Source of the DNA: an uncultured Acidimicrobiales bacterium
GTDB lineage: Bacteria > Actinomycetota > Acidimicrobiia > Acidimicrobiales > CAVXTF01
Direction of reading: 5' to 3'
Assembly (NCBI GenBank): GCA_963801315.1
Contig: CAWDEI010000002.1
Span: 405,887-469,886 of the forward strand
DNA length: 64,000 nt
Shown: piece after piece, positions 18,410 to 29,075 of the stretch
Layout of the letters: every line of letters begins with the position of its first letter
How positions within the stretch are numbered: position 1 is the stretch's first letter
Program-made: the position numbers and the translations under genes
Notes under the pieces: generated by a model
Databases searched by the model: none
Told to the model about the DNA's origin: nothing
The model's input: only the letters and a program-made list of their open reading frames with translations

Positions 18410-19351
18410 GATCCACCCCACCGTCGCCATGCCGTGGGCATGTCGTGAGCGAAGAACCGCCTGGTGACGGTGTCGTTCACCGCCGATATGGTTCGCTGTA
18501 GCCCCTCGAGCCGTTCGTTCAGGCCATGACCCAGAACGCTCGGCTCCGAGTACTCGAGCCCTGCGCGAGCCATTCCGATCAGACCCCTGGCCTCGTCCCA
18601 GCTCCCGTCTGCGATCGGGTTCATGTTCTCGAGACACTGCTCGGCGACGCTGAGCGAGGCGAAGGCGGATCTGGGGAAGAGCCTGTCCCTCAGGAGGAAA
18701 TTGAGGACCTGGTTGGGCTCGACCACTCCGTGAGCCAGCCGGAGGTACGGCTCGTAACCCCCGCAGGATCGCAACAGCATCACGAGCCCACTGTCGGATA
18801 TCTCACCGAAGCGGAGTGTGGCGAGCTGCCTGGCGACGACGTCTGTGCGTTCGAGACATCGACCGAGCGTGAAGAAGTGCCATGTCTGGTCGCGGCTCAT
18901 CGTGGTGTCTGCGAGCCCGGTGATTGCTGCGGTCTGCGTCTTCACGAATGCCAGGTAGGCAGCAGGCCCGGCAAGTTCAGCCGCCTCCCACTGGCCCGGC
19001 AGCCCGGACCACGTGGCGTTGATCCTCTCCCACATCTCGACAGGTACCACATGACGTACCGCTCTCGTGTTCTCCCTCGCAGCGCGGAATGCGCCGGCGA
19101 TCGAAGATCTCGATCGCGAGTCGCGCGCCAGCAGCTCTGTCACCTCCCAGAGGCTCGCGTTCTCGATCGTCGGGCATCCCCATCACGGCGAGGAGCCTTC
19201 TTGCTGCCGCGGAGCTTGCCTCGCTGCTGCTCTGCTCGAGCGCCTGGTACACGACGACGTCGAGGATCCGGGCGGTCCCTTCGGCGCGCTCGACGTAGCG
19301 TCCGACCCAGAAGATGGATTCCGCGACCCTGCTCAACAAAGCGTTCTTCAT
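18406..19351 (-). pseudogene. Alpha-E domain protein (DUF403), one frameshift as sequenced
   Basis: The N-terminus [32 protein letters not shown]...AVMGMPDD is in the frame of track ORF 18977..20935. The continuation ENASLWEVTELLARDSRSRSSIAGAFRAAREN... is in ORF 18406..19143. The junction is near 19163-19172. Confidence 0.8.
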
Positions 19352-20935
19352 TGCTGCTGCTGCTGCTGCTGTTGTTGTTGCTGGCCGTGGTCGTCCTGCA
19401 GGAGAGGACCGATGTCCATCGGAGGTCCCGCGCTCGGGGAGATGACCGTCGCCACCGTCTGAACAGGCGGGGCGTGGGAGCCTCCTATGACCCAGGTGTC
19501 CTTCGACCCTCCCCCTTGAGACGAGTTGACCACGAGGCTTCCCTCTTGAAGCGCCACCCGGGTGAGGCCCCCGGGCATGACCCAGATCTTCTCGCCGTCG
19601 TTCACCGCAAAAGGCCGAAGATCCACTCGGCGCGGGACGATGCGTCCGTCTATCCACGTCGGAGACGTCGATAGCGAGACCGTTCTCTGGGCTATCCACG
19701 CGCGGATCGGACCGGACTGCGCGTTCCATCCTGTCGAGTTCGTCGGTGGTCGCGTGAGGACCTATCAACATGTCCTTCCCACCGGACCCGTCAACCCGCT
19801 TGAACACAAGCTCGTGGCGTCTCTTGAAGGCATGTTCGAGCTCGTCGCCGTCGACCAGACGGTAGGTCTCGACATTGTTCAAGATGGGATCCTCGTCGAG
19901 GTAGTAACGGATCATCTCCGGCACATACGCGTAGACAAGCTTGTCGTCGGCGATGCCGTTGCCGATCGCGTTCGCCACCGTGACCCGCCCGGCGCGAGCG
20001 GCGTTGACCAGCCCGGGGCAACCCACCAGGGAATCCGGCCTGAACTGAAGGGGATCGAGATAATCGTCGTCCACGCGCCTGTAGATGACATGGACGGGCA
20101 CCTCGCCGTCGGTCGTCTGCAGGTACACGTCCACGCCGTGACAGGTGAGATCCCTCCCCTCTACGAGATGCACACCCATCAGTCGTGCGAGAAGCGCGTG
20201 TTCGTAGAAAGCGGAGTTGTAGACGCCTGGAGTGAGCACGACGACGTTCGGGTCGGCGACACCGGCAGGAGCCGCGCGGCGGAGGGCCTGTACGAGGCGG
20301 GCTGGATAGTCGGCCACGAGCTGGATCCTCTGGCCCCAGAAGATCTCGGGCAGGACCCGGGCCATTGCGGCTCGGTTCGCGAGCACGTAGCTCACGCCCG
20401 ACGGGCTCCTCAGGTTGTCTTCGAGCACGGCGAACGAGCCGTCCTCGTCTCTCACGATGTCAATGCCCGCGACTTGGATCCTCACGCCGTTCGGCGGATT
20501 GACGGCCTTCACCGACCGGAGGAACCCAGGAGAGCTCGTGATCAGGTGGTGCGGTATCAGGCCGTCGTGAAGGATGCGGGCGGAGTTGTAGATATCGTCG
20601 AGGAACGCCTCGAGCGCCCTGACCCTCTGAGCAACGCCGTCCGAGATCACCTGCCATTCCTTCGTGGTGAAGATCCTCGGAACCACGTCGAGGGGGAACG
20701 GCCGCTCTTCGCCGTCGAGGTCGAAGGTGACGCCCTGGTCCATGAATGCGCGTGCCAGGCGAAGTGCCCGAGCGGCCAGGTCCTCGGAGCTCATTTCCGC
20801 AACCACGGATACGACGTCGCCGTAGTGGTCGTAGGAGCCGCCCCGCGTGTCGAACACCTCGTCGTAAGGCCGTGCAAGGCCGCCCGACCTCTCCAAAGAC
20901 GCTAAGTAGCCCTCGAAGAGGTCGCCCATCTCCAT
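19348..20935 (-). pseudogene. Circularly permuted type-2 ATP-grasp protein, one frameshift as sequenced
   Basis: MEMGDLFEGYLASLERSGGLARPYDEVFD...VYLQTTDGEVPVHVIYRRVDDDYLDPL...[16 protein letters not shown] is in ORF 18977..20935 up to ...AVRSDPR. Then [49 protein letters not shown] follows in the frame of ORF 19348..19626. The junction is near 19697-19704. Confidence 0.85.
19351..19383 (-). repeat. (CAG/CAA)11 trinucleotide tract encoding a terminal poly-Gln
   Basis: The + strand reads ttg(ctg)6(ttg)3ctg, which on the minus strand is 11 consecutive Gln codons ending the ATP-grasp ORF ([13 protein letters not shown]). The tract abuts the ATGA stop/start overlap with the alpha-E gene. Confidence 0.9.
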
Positions 20936-21048
20936 GACGATCGCACTCCTGTATTTCCGTTTGGTTTCGTGACTATCAATATGACGTTAGGTAATCCTCG
21001 CCGAGATCCTGGAGACGGCACATTCCCGGGCAGCGCCAAGGTGACCGT

Positions 21049-22146
21049 TCAAGCGCGTGGACGCTTCTTCTCCGGGTCGTAGATCGCAAGAGGCGCGACG
21101 GTTGCCGGCACCGTCTTGCCTCCCAGGCTCACATCGACCGACTCCCCGTCAGCCGAGACACCGGTCTCGAGTATGGCTAGAGCGATCTGACCGAAGCGCG
21201 GGCTCGAGGCAGGGCTGGTGAGCGTCCCTACCGGCTCTCCGTCCTTCGTCACCTCGACGCCGTAATCCGGTAGCTCGTCGCCCTCGATCTTCAGAGTCTT
21301 GAGGCGCCGCGGCGGATTGGGGGCTATGGACTCGAGCGCTTCGCAGCCGATGAACTCAACCTTTCCGAGCGCGACGAAGCGGTCGAACGACAGGTCATAA
21401 GGGGTGCGCTCATGAGCTGCATAGTCATAGTCGAGGACCACGAGCCCTGCCTCGACCCGCAAGCTCTCGAGGACGCCCACCCCGAAAGGTCGGGCGCTCA
21501 TCTGCGATACCGCAACTTCCCAGAGATCGGCGGCGTGCTCGGGGCGGCAGAACAGCTCGTAGCCGAGCTCTCCGCCGAATCCGGTACGTGACACGAAGCA
21601 CGGGACGCCACCGACGGTTGTCTGCTCGGGCAGGAAACGGAAGTACCGAAGCCCGGCGACATCGGCTTCGCAAAGAGGGACGAGGGCTTGTTTCGAGCGG
21701 GGGCCCTGCAAGCCGAGGTGTGGCATCGTCAAGGTCACTGCTTCGATTTCGACGTCGAAACCGTCGGAGGCTTCGGCGAAGTGGTCCGCGTGGTCGGAAC
21801 CGTTCGTCATCACCCACACGCGGTCGTCGAGCCGGAACACGGTGCCGTCGTCGATCATGAGACCTTCGGCGTCGCACAACGCGCCATAGCGCACCTGACC
21901 GACCTCGAGCCCGAGGATGTTGCCCGTGTGAATCCTCTGTGCGACCGCTAGCGAATCGGGCCCCGTGAATTCCCACTTGTTGAGAGGCGAGACGTCCCAC
22001 ACGCCGAGGTCGTCGCGTACACCGCGGTATTCCGCCTCTTCGTCCCCGAACCCCTCTACCCAATACCAGCCGGACTCCTCCATGAAGGTCGCGCCGAGAG
22101 AAGCCGCTATCTCGTAGAACGGGCTGCGGATCGAGTCAGTCTGCAT
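21049..22146 (-). CDS. Aminomethyltransferase (glycine-cleavage T-protein, GcvT) family protein
   Basis: EYRGVRDDLGVWDVSPLNKWEFTGPD...RYGALCDAEGLMIDDGTVFRL...SRTGFGGELGYELF are typical GcvT-fold motifs. Confidence 0.8.
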   Translation of the reverse strand: MQTDSIRSPFYEIAASLGATFMEESGWYWVEGFGDEEAEYRGVRDDLGVWDVSPLNKWEFTGPDSLAVAQRIHTGNILGLEVGQVRYGALCDAEGLMIDDGTVFRLDDRVWVMTNGSDHADHFAEASDGFDVEIEAVTLTMPHLGLQGPRSKQALVPLCEADVAGLRYFRFLPEQTTVGGVPCFVSRTGFGGELGYELFCRPEHAADLWEVAVSQMSARPFGVGVLESLRVEAGLVVLDYDYAAHERTPYDLSFDRFVALGKVEFIGCEALESIAPNPPRRLKTLKIEGDELPDYGVEVTKDGEPVGTLTSPASSPRFGQIALAILETGVSADGESVDVSLGGKTVPATVAPLAIYDPEKKRPRA

Positions 22147-22235
22147 TGCCGAACTCTATGCTTACCGGAGTTCCGCCGAGAACCGTCTCACTTGTCTCCT
22201 AAACAGGTGTCCGGTCGAATGCGAGTTACTCGATC

Positions 22236-25176
22236 TCAAGCTTCCCCGAGGGACCTTCGAGGTGCCTCGATGCCGTAGAACAGTCTTTCCATTACGCCAC
22301 GTGCCCTGCGGGTCACCCGCCTGTAGTCCTCGCGTAGCGCTGCGGGCGTCGTCCCGAGGCTGCGAGCGAGCCTCGACATCTGGTGCGCCTGCGCGGGCAG
22401 GGAATCGCCAGGAGACGCGCCCCCCGGCAGGGCGCCGACGAGGTGCCATCTGTTGCGGGTGTGCTCGCAGAACCGGTACGAATCGCGTAATGCCCCGGCA
22501 TCCAGCGCGGTGATCGCGCCGGCACGTTCGAGGTCGCCGAGTGTGTCCATCGTGCCAGCTCCTTCGACCCCGTTGCGCAGCTGGAGGAGCTGGACGGTCC
22601 ACTCGACGTCGGAGAGAGAACCTTTGCCGAGCTTCAGATGGAACTGCGGGTCCTCGCCGGCAGGTATCCGTTCTCGCTCGATTCGCGCCTTCATGCGCCG
22701 GATCTCTGTGATCTCGTCGTCACCGATGGGCGGCTCCCACACGAAGCGGCGGACGAGCTGCAAGAACTGATCGCCGACCGTGCGATCCCCGGCGACGACC
22801 CTTGCTCTGAGCAGCGCCTGGCGTTCCCACGTCTCAGCCCAACGTTCGAAATAGACGGCGAACCCGTCGATGTCGCGTGAAAGGCGCCCGTGCCCCCCCT
22901 CCGGCCGGAGCCCCAGGTCGACGTTGAAGATCCGTTCTGCGGGACTCGACCCGTGAATGAGCCGGAGCAACCTCTCGGCCGCTAGCTCGCCTGGGCCCGC
23001 CGTTGCCGTCGGGTGCACCGCCTTGGCTCTGGATGCGCCATCTGAACCGACCGCCTCCGGCTCGTGGGGCTCGTGGTTCTTCGACTTGGTCTTCCCGGGG
23101 GTCGCATGGACGAAGATGACGTCGAGATCGCTCTGGTAGGAGAGCTCGCCTCCTCCGAAGCGACCGAGGCCGATTACGCAGAACGGGACTTGCGGTCGGG
23201 CTTCGGCGACCGCCACTTCGAGGATCACTTCGGCGACCGTGCTGAGCGCGCTCGCGGTCGTCGAGATGTCGTCCATGTCGAGCAGATCGCGCGCTGCGAT
23301 CCGGACGAGCTGCTCCTCGTCGAAACGGAACAACCTTGCCCTTCGCCCGGTCGCACCGCTTCCGACCCGCATTCGATCGAAGAGCTCGGCCTGCAGGTCA
23401 CTCTTCTCGCTCGAACGCGAGAGCGTCGTCGTCCCCGAGGCGCGACATGAGCTCGGGGTTGTGGGCGACTGCTTCGCCCAGTGTCCTGCTCGATCCGAGA
23501 AGCAGGCAGAGGCGACGGGCCGCTTCGGGCGACTCGCGGAACGTGGTGACGAGTAGCGAGCGATGGTGCGGATGCAGAGCGAGGTTGCGCAGCCCGAGAA
23601 GCCCGAGGTCCGGATCGGGCGTGACGGACAGCCAGTCGAGCAGAAGAGGAAACATCTGCCCCATGAGCCGCGAGCTGCGCGTCAGGCCCTGTGCGAGCTC
23701 GTTGACCGCGGCCTTTGTCCGTTCAGCATCAGCGAAGCCGAAAGCTCTGAGCCGGTCGGCGATCTGATCGGAGGACATCCCGACCTGTACGAGCGACGTC
23801 GGGCCTGCCGCGTCCTGGACCGCCCTCTCGTCGCTTGCGGGTTGGGCGGCGAACGCTTCGAGAAGGGGCCGGAAGAAGAGCCTCTCGTGCAGTGAGCGCA
23901 CCTCGTTCCTGCAGGTACGAAGCGCTTCTTCGAATTGAGCCGTGGCGGTAGCTCCAGTCGCGTCCTCGAACCCGAGGACGCGCGCGAGCCGTTCTTTCGC
24001 GGCCGGCTCCGAAGGGACGGTGTGGGTCTGCTGCTCTTCGACCAGCTGCAGCCTGTGCTCGACCGTGCGTAGGAACCGGTAGGCCCGAGCCAGCGAGGAC
24101 GACTGCTCTTCATCGACGTAGCCGGAGGCGGCTAGCTCATCTAGAGCTCCGAGGGTCGACTTCGAGCGGATCGACGGATCACGCCGTCCATGCACGAGCT
24201 GCAGTAGCTGCACGGCGAACTCCACGTCGCGTATCCCACCAGGTCCCCTCTTCAGCTCCCGGTCCGATATCCCGCGGCTGACGACCATCGCCTCTGAGCG
24301 CGCCTTCAGCCTCCTGATCAACGCGAGCTCGTCCGAGCTGTATGCGCGCTCCCAGACAAGGGTCTGCGCCGCGTCGGTAAAGCGGGCCCCGAGGTCGGGA
24401 TCGCCTGCCACCGCGGATGCCTTTATGAGCGCTTGGAACTCCCACGTCTGCGCCCACCTGCCCCAATAGGCCCGGTAGCCGTCGAGCGTCCTTGTGAGCG
24501 GGCCCGCCCTTCCTTCTGGGCGCAGGTCGGTGTCCACGCGAAAGGAGTGCCTGGCGGCGGCGACAACTCGCTTCGCCCTGTCGTCGTCGGGAGCCGGCGC
24601 AGTCACGAAGACGAAGTCGACGTCGCTCGCGTAATTGAGCTCTCCTCCTCCGAGCTTGCCCATTCCGATCACCGCGAGATCGCCGTCGCTCGGCCCAGCG
24701 ACCTCCACGGATGCATCGAGTACCCGGGCGGCGGACTCCGACAGAGCGAGAGTCGTCTCGTCGAACGAGTCGAGCCCGAGTAGGTCGCGCGCCGCGATCC
24801 GGAGGATGTCAAGGCGGTGGACGAGAGCCAAGGAATGCTCGTCGACCCAATCGGGGTCGACCTGCCGGTCGAGATCGCGCAGGACGTCGTGCGCCCGACG
24901 CTCAGTGATGCAGAAGCGACCGAGTGAATCGCTCGCGGCGACCACGGCCACGAATGCGCGAGCGTGCTGGTTGGGAGCACCCCCGTCGACCATCGCGTCG
25001 ACTTGATCCGGGAGCCCGCTTTCCAAGCGCGACAAGGCGAGCGCAACTCGTTGCGGTGCGGCGCTGCGCGCTGCCAGGGCGAGCAGCGCGTCGGCTGCGG
25101 GATTCGGCACCTGGTGCAGCATGCCAGGCGGAGGGTCGCGAGCAGGGCGCTTCGTGGGTGTGAGCGCGAACCCCAC
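22236..25176 (-). pseudogene. glnE: Bifunctional glutamine synthetase adenylyltransferase/adenylyl-removing enzyme, one frameshift as sequenced
   Basis: Two nucleotidyltransferase halves are present: VIGMGKLGGGELNYASDVDFVFV (ORF 23398..25176) and VIGLGRFGGGELSYQSDLDVIFVH (ORF 22236..23372). Across the stop at 23398 the text continues in another frame as DLQAELFDRMRVGSGATGRRARLFRFDEEQLVRIAARDLL. Confidence 0.9.
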
Positions 25177-25193
25177 GGTTAGGCTCCGTTGAC

Positions 25194-27017
25194 ATGGGGC
25201 GCATCCGGGTCGCTCTTTGCCAGCTCGACACCGTGGTCGGCGACGTCGACGGAAATGTGGAGCGCGTGCTGGCGGCCCTGGGGGTCGCTGAGGCGGCCGG
25301 GTGCGATATCGCTGCGTTTCCGGAGCTCTCCCTGACGGGGTACCCGCCCGAGGACCTTTTGCTGAAGCCAGCGTTCATCGCCGCCAACCTGGCGGGGCTG
25401 GAGCGAGTGGCGGCCCTCACCACCGCCTGCGCGGCCGTGGTCGGGTTCGTGGACATTGCCGGAGGCGACCGCGGACGGGCAAAGCCGGAACGGCTAGGGA
25501 GGGCCGGCCGCGACGAGGCGGTGCGTGGCGTCCCCCGGCGCCTGAGGAACGCTGCGGCGATATGCGCCTCGGGTCGCGTGGCAGGCGTGTACTACAAGAG
25601 ACGCCTACCCAACTACGGAGTGTTCGACGAGGAGCGTTGGTTCGCTCCGGGGTCCGGGGATCTCCCTGCCTTCGAGATCGCCGGGACCGTCGTCGGTGTC
25701 TCCATATGCGAGGACCTTTGGTTTCCCTGCGGTCCCGTCGCTGATCTAGGAGTAGGTGGTGCGGGGCTGGTCGTCAACCTGAACTCGTCGCCTTACTCGG
25801 TCGGCCGGCGCTACGACCGGCTCGCGGTGCTCGAAGAGCGCGTCGCTGAGGCGGGCTGTGCGATCGCGTACGTGAACCAGGTGGGCGGACAGGACGAGCT
25901 CGTGTTCGACGGGGGCTCGGTCCTGGTCGACGCCAAGGGTTCGATCGTCGCAGAAGCGGCGCAATTTCGTGAAGAGGTGCTGGTCTCCGACATCGAGTTG
26001 CCCGATGAACCGCGACGCGAGCACGCACGCGGTGTCGAGCTCGTGAAGTTGAGCTCGCATCCGCGCGATCCGGTCTACCGGCGCCCGCCCGCCCCTCCGG
26101 AGCCACTGAACGAGGAAGCTGAGGTTTACGAGGCGCTCACGATCGGAACGCGCGACTACCTCCGAAAGAACGGTTTCACGGACGCGGTCATCGCCATGTC
26201 CGGTGGAGTCGACTCGTCGCTCGTCGCGACCATCGCCACAGACGCCCTCGGAGCACAGAACGTGCACGGGATCGCATTGCCGTCGCGGTATTCGAGTCCC
26301 GGTTCCGTCACGGATGCCGAAGACCTCGCCGCCAACCTCGGCATAGAGCTGCAGGTTGCCTCCATCGAGCCGGCCCATCAGGCTTTCGCCGGGCTGCTCA
26401 CCCCGGTGCTCGGCACGGCGCCCGGAGGCCTCACCGACGAGAACCTCCAGTCGCGCATCCGTGGCGTGGTCCTGATGGCGATGTCGAACGCGCGACCTGG
26501 ATGGATCGTGCTCACGACCGGCAACAAGAGCGAGCTCGCCGTCGGTTACTCGACGCTCTACGGCGACTCCGCCGGCGGATTCGCCGTCATACGCGACGTG
26601 CCGAAGACCATGGTCTACAGACTCTGCCGTTACCGCAACGAGCGGGCCGGACGCGATCTGATCCCGGGCTCGGTGCTCGACAAACCGCCTTCTGCAGAGC
26701 TGCGTCCGGACCAGCGCGACGATGACTCACTTCCCGGTTATGACGTTCTCGATCCATTGCTAGCGGGCCTCGTCGAGCAGGACGAGTCGGTGGCTGAGCT
26801 CGTTGCCGCGGGCGCCGATCCCGAGACGGCAGATCGCATCGCCCGGCTGGTCGACGCGGCCGAGTACAAGCGTCGACAATCGCCTCCGGGTGTTCGCATA
26901 ACGACTCGCGCATTCGGCAAGGATCGGCGCATGCCGATCACCAACCGATTCCGCGACGCGGTGCCCCACGCGGAGGGTCGCCCAGAGGCCGTCGGTCGCT
27001 CGAAGGCGATCAAGTGA
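25194..27017 (+). CDS. nadE: Glutamine-dependent NAD+ synthetase
   Basis: N-terminal CN-hydrolase domain (RVALCQLDTVVGD...FPELSLTGYPPEDLL...SICEDLWF) plus NAD synthetase domain (AMSGGVDSSLVATIA...NKSELAVGYSTLYGD). Confidence 0.92.
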   Translation: MGRIRVALCQLDTVVGDVDGNVERVLAALGVAEAAGCDIAAFPELSLTGYPPEDLLLKPAFIAANLAGLERVAALTTACAAVVGFVDIAGGDRGRAKPERLGRAGRDEAVRGVPRRLRNAAAICASGRVAGVYYKRRLPNYGVFDEERWFAPGSGDLPAFEIAGTVVGVSICEDLWFPCGPVADLGVGGAGLVVNLNSSPYSVGRRYDRLAVLEERVAEAGCAIAYVNQVGGQDELVFDGGSVLVDAKGSIVAEAAQFREEVLVSDIELPDEPRREHARGVELVKLSSHPRDPVYRRPPAPPEPLNEEAEVYEALTIGTRDYLRKNGFTDAVIAMSGGVDSSLVATIATDALGAQNVHGIALPSRYSSPGSVTDAEDLAANLGIELQVASIEPAHQAFAGLLTPVLGTAPGGLTDENLQSRIRGVVLMAMSNARPGWIVLTTGNKSELAVGYSTLYGDSAGGFAVIRDVPKTMVYRLCRYRNERAGRDLIPGSVLDKPPSAELRPDQRDDDSLPGYDVLDPLLAGLVEQDESVAELVAAGADPETADRIARLVDAAEYKRRQSPPGVRITTRAFGKDRRMPITNRFRDAVPHAEGRPEAVGRSKAIK

Positions 27018-27652
27018 GCGGCGTCCTCGACGATGCGGTCGGACAGGAATCGCCCATGGGCGTCGCGCTCACACTCGTGGAGTCCGCACGCTTGCTCGGG
27101 TGCTACAGGTGGGTCGAGCAGCGTCTTTTCGAGGTTCTCGGTGGTTGGGTCGTCACCGAGACAGAGCCTGAGGCCCGTCTTCTGTTCGACGTCCAGAGCC
27201 GGCACCATGCATGGCACGCGCAGCTCTGGGAGGAGAGGATTCCCGAGGTCGAGGGCGTCGTGGACCCGGACCTGCTCACGGTCGCTCCCGACGAGGGCGT
27301 AGCGGAGCTGCTTTCGACACTCGGCGGGGTTCAAGGCAGCGACGAGGGAGGCGGGGGCACGTTGGTCAGGCTCGTCGGCTTGGCGAGAGTCGTCTCGCCG
27401 CGCCTCGCTTGCGGGTACGGGTACCACCTGAGCAGAGCCGTATCCGTAAGTGACGGTCCTGTGATTCGTGCACTGCGGCTGGCACTGAGAGACGAGATCG
27501 AGGATTGGCAGGCGGTCGAGTTGGTCGTCCAGAGCCTTATCAGGCGACCTCATGATGTCGCGGTCGTCACTGCTCACCAGCAACGATTGGAAGCCCTAGT
27601 GGTCGGCAGCGGGCCGGGACTCGTCCCTTGGCCCGGGAGAAACGGGCGATGA
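27014..27652 (+). CDS. Hypothetical protein, translationally coupled to nadE
   Basis: 212 aa ORF whose GTG overlaps the nadE stop (GTGA). It contains a His/Trp-rich segment SRHHAWHAQLWEERIP. No family recognised. Confidence 0.5.
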   Translation: MSGVLDDAVGQESPMGVALTLVESARLLGCYRWVEQRLFEVLGGWVVTETEPEARLLFDVQSRHHAWHAQLWEERIPEVEGVVDPDLLTVAPDEGVAELLSTLGGVQGSDEGGGGTLVRLVGLARVVSPRLACGYGYHLSRAVSVSDGPVIRALRLALRDEIEDWQAVELVVQSLIRRPHDVAVVTAHQQRLEALVVGSGPGLVPWPGRNGR

Positions 27653-27871
27653 GGGCGATGCGACCGGGATCGGGGCATGCCGGTCGACTCGTAGGCGGAC
27701 CGTCCGAGGGAGCACGCGAATCAGGGCTTGACGCCCCCGTTAAACTTACGTAGCAGGTCGGCGGGCCAGGGAGGCGGTTCGCGGCTCTCACATGCGCGTC
27801 GGCAGGCACAAGCCGGACGGCAAGACCACCCGGGCGGCGAAGCCGTGCCGAATTCTTCCAAGGGAGTGACG

Positions 27872-28810
27872 TTGGCGAAGGAGCGCGTCGAGCGCGACGA
27901 GGAAGATCTCGTACGGCTCTATCTGACAGACATAGGGCAATACCCGTTGCTGACCAAGGACGACGAGGTCCGTTTGGCCCAGGCGATCGAGACCGGCCGC
28001 GAGGCGGAGTCGGCGTTGAGCGCGAAACCCAAGGACCTGACCCCTGCGCGGCGCCGCGAGCTGAAGCGCAAGCTCCTCGCGGGGGAGCGGGCGCAACAGA
28101 CTTTCGTGCAGTCCAACTTGCGGCTCGTGGTGTCGATCGCCAAGAAATACCAAGCCTCGGGCCTACCCCTCCTCGACCTCATCCAGGAGGGCAACCTCGG
28201 ATTGATGCACGCTGTCGAGAAGTTCGACTGGCGCAAGGGGTTCAAGTTCTCGACGTATGCCACGTGGTGGATCCGTCAGGCCATCACGCGCGGGATCGCC
28301 AACACGGGCCGCACCATCAGGCTCCCGGTCCATGCCGGCGACACTCTCGCGCGGGTGCAGAAGGCTCAGGCCCGCCTCGAGCTCAAGCTCGGGCGTCCCG
28401 CCACCCTTGCTGAGCTCGGCGCCGAGGTCGAAATGCCGGAGGACAAGCTGATCGAGGCGCTCAGGTTCCGTGCAGAGCCGCTGTCGCTCTCCGAGCCGCT
28501 TCGCGAGGACGGCGACGCAGAGCTCGGCGACGTAGTCGAGGACCGCTCCGCAGAATCACCCTTCGAGGTGGCCGCCACTTCACTGCTTCCGGACGAGATA
28601 AGCAGGCTGCTCTCGCCACTCGACGAGCGCGAGCGCGAGATCCTCCGGCTTCGATTCGGCCTCGACCGGGGAGAGCCCCGCACCCTCGAAGAGGTGGGGG
28701 AGCACTTCAACCTGACACGGGAGCGGATCCGCCAGATCGAGGCGCGCGCCATGTCGAAGCTCCGTCACCCGTCCTCGGACACTGGGGCACGGGATCTGCT
28801 CACGGTCTGA
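27872..28810 (+). CDS. RNA polymerase sigma-70 factor, group 1/2 (RpoD/SigB-like)
   Basis: [17 protein letters not shown]; [59 protein letters not shown] (regions 2.1-2.4); RLPVH (region 3); [15 protein letters not shown]...[30 protein letters not shown] (region 4). TTG 27872 is chosen for the AAGGGAG SD. The track ORF begins at 27728. Confidence 0.9.
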   Translation: MAKERVERDEEDLVRLYLTDIGQYPLLTKDDEVRLAQAIETGREAESALSAKPKDLTPARRRELKRKLLAGERAQQTFVQSNLRLVVSIAKKYQASGLPLLDLIQEGNLGLMHAVEKFDWRKGFKFSTYATWWIRQAITRGIANTGRTIRLPVHAGDTLARVQKAQARLELKLGRPATLAELGAEVEMPEDKLIEALRFRAEPLSLSEPLREDGDAELGDVVEDRSAESPFEVAATSLLPDEISRLLSPLDEREREILRLRFGLDRGEPRTLEEVGEHFNLTRERIRQIEARAMSKLRHPSSDTGARDLLTV

Positions 28811-28879
28811 GGATCTGCAACCGGAGCTGCAACCTCGATTCCGAGCACGCTCGTCTCGAGCCCGATAGGATCACTCCTC

Positions 28880-28954
28880 GTGAAGAAACTGATCGTCCTC
28901 GCCCTCCTAGTAGCCCTCGGGTTGGTTGCCGCCAAGCGGCTTCGCGAAGCCTGA
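28880..28954 (+). CDS. Possible 24-aa single-TM peptide
   Basis: My own reading gives gtg aag aaa ctg atc gtc ... gaa gcc tga = VKKLIVLALLVALGLVAAKRLREA. It is below the track length cutoff, and support is hydrophobicity only. Confidence 0.3.
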   Translation: MKKLIVLALLVALGLVAAKRLREA

Positions 28955-28961
28955 TAGCTGA

Positions 28962-29011
28962 AGGGCGCTGATCTGGCGCCCTGGACAATCGCTCCCTTCC
29001 GCCAGGAAGGG
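28962..29011. terminator. Two GC hairpins in a convergent intergenic gap
   Basis: AGGGCGC-tgatctg-GCGCCCT (28962-28982) and CCCTTCC-gcca-GGAAGGG (28994-29011) lie between the + strand sigma/small ORF and the - strand HAD gene. There are no clear U-tracts. Confidence 0.3.
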
Positions 29012-29075
29012 CCTCGACAGAATGCAGCGGCCGGGTTTGGTCGCGTCCGTCGAGGATCCAGAAGTGTGAGTGCCC

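Noticed and set aside
18977-20935. 652-aa track ORF taken as a single protein
   Set aside because: It is a chimera. Its first roughly 420 aa are the ATP-grasp protein. An out-of-frame read-through then follows ([27 protein letters not shown]...). Its last part is the in-frame N-terminus of the alpha-E gene ([25 protein letters not shown]). It is better explained as two genes plus frameshifts.
22147-22235. Possible glycine or THF riboswitch upstream of the GcvT-family gene
   Set aside because: Reading the minus strand, I could not find the conserved glycine-riboswitch cores (GGAGAG...CACCG...) or a convincing multi-stem structure. Only a weak 4-bp hairpin is present.
27728-27760. TTGACG hexamer upstream of the principal-like sigma gene as a promoter
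   Set aside because: No acceptable -10 (TAnnnT) lies at 16-19 nt spacing, so I did not list it as a feature.
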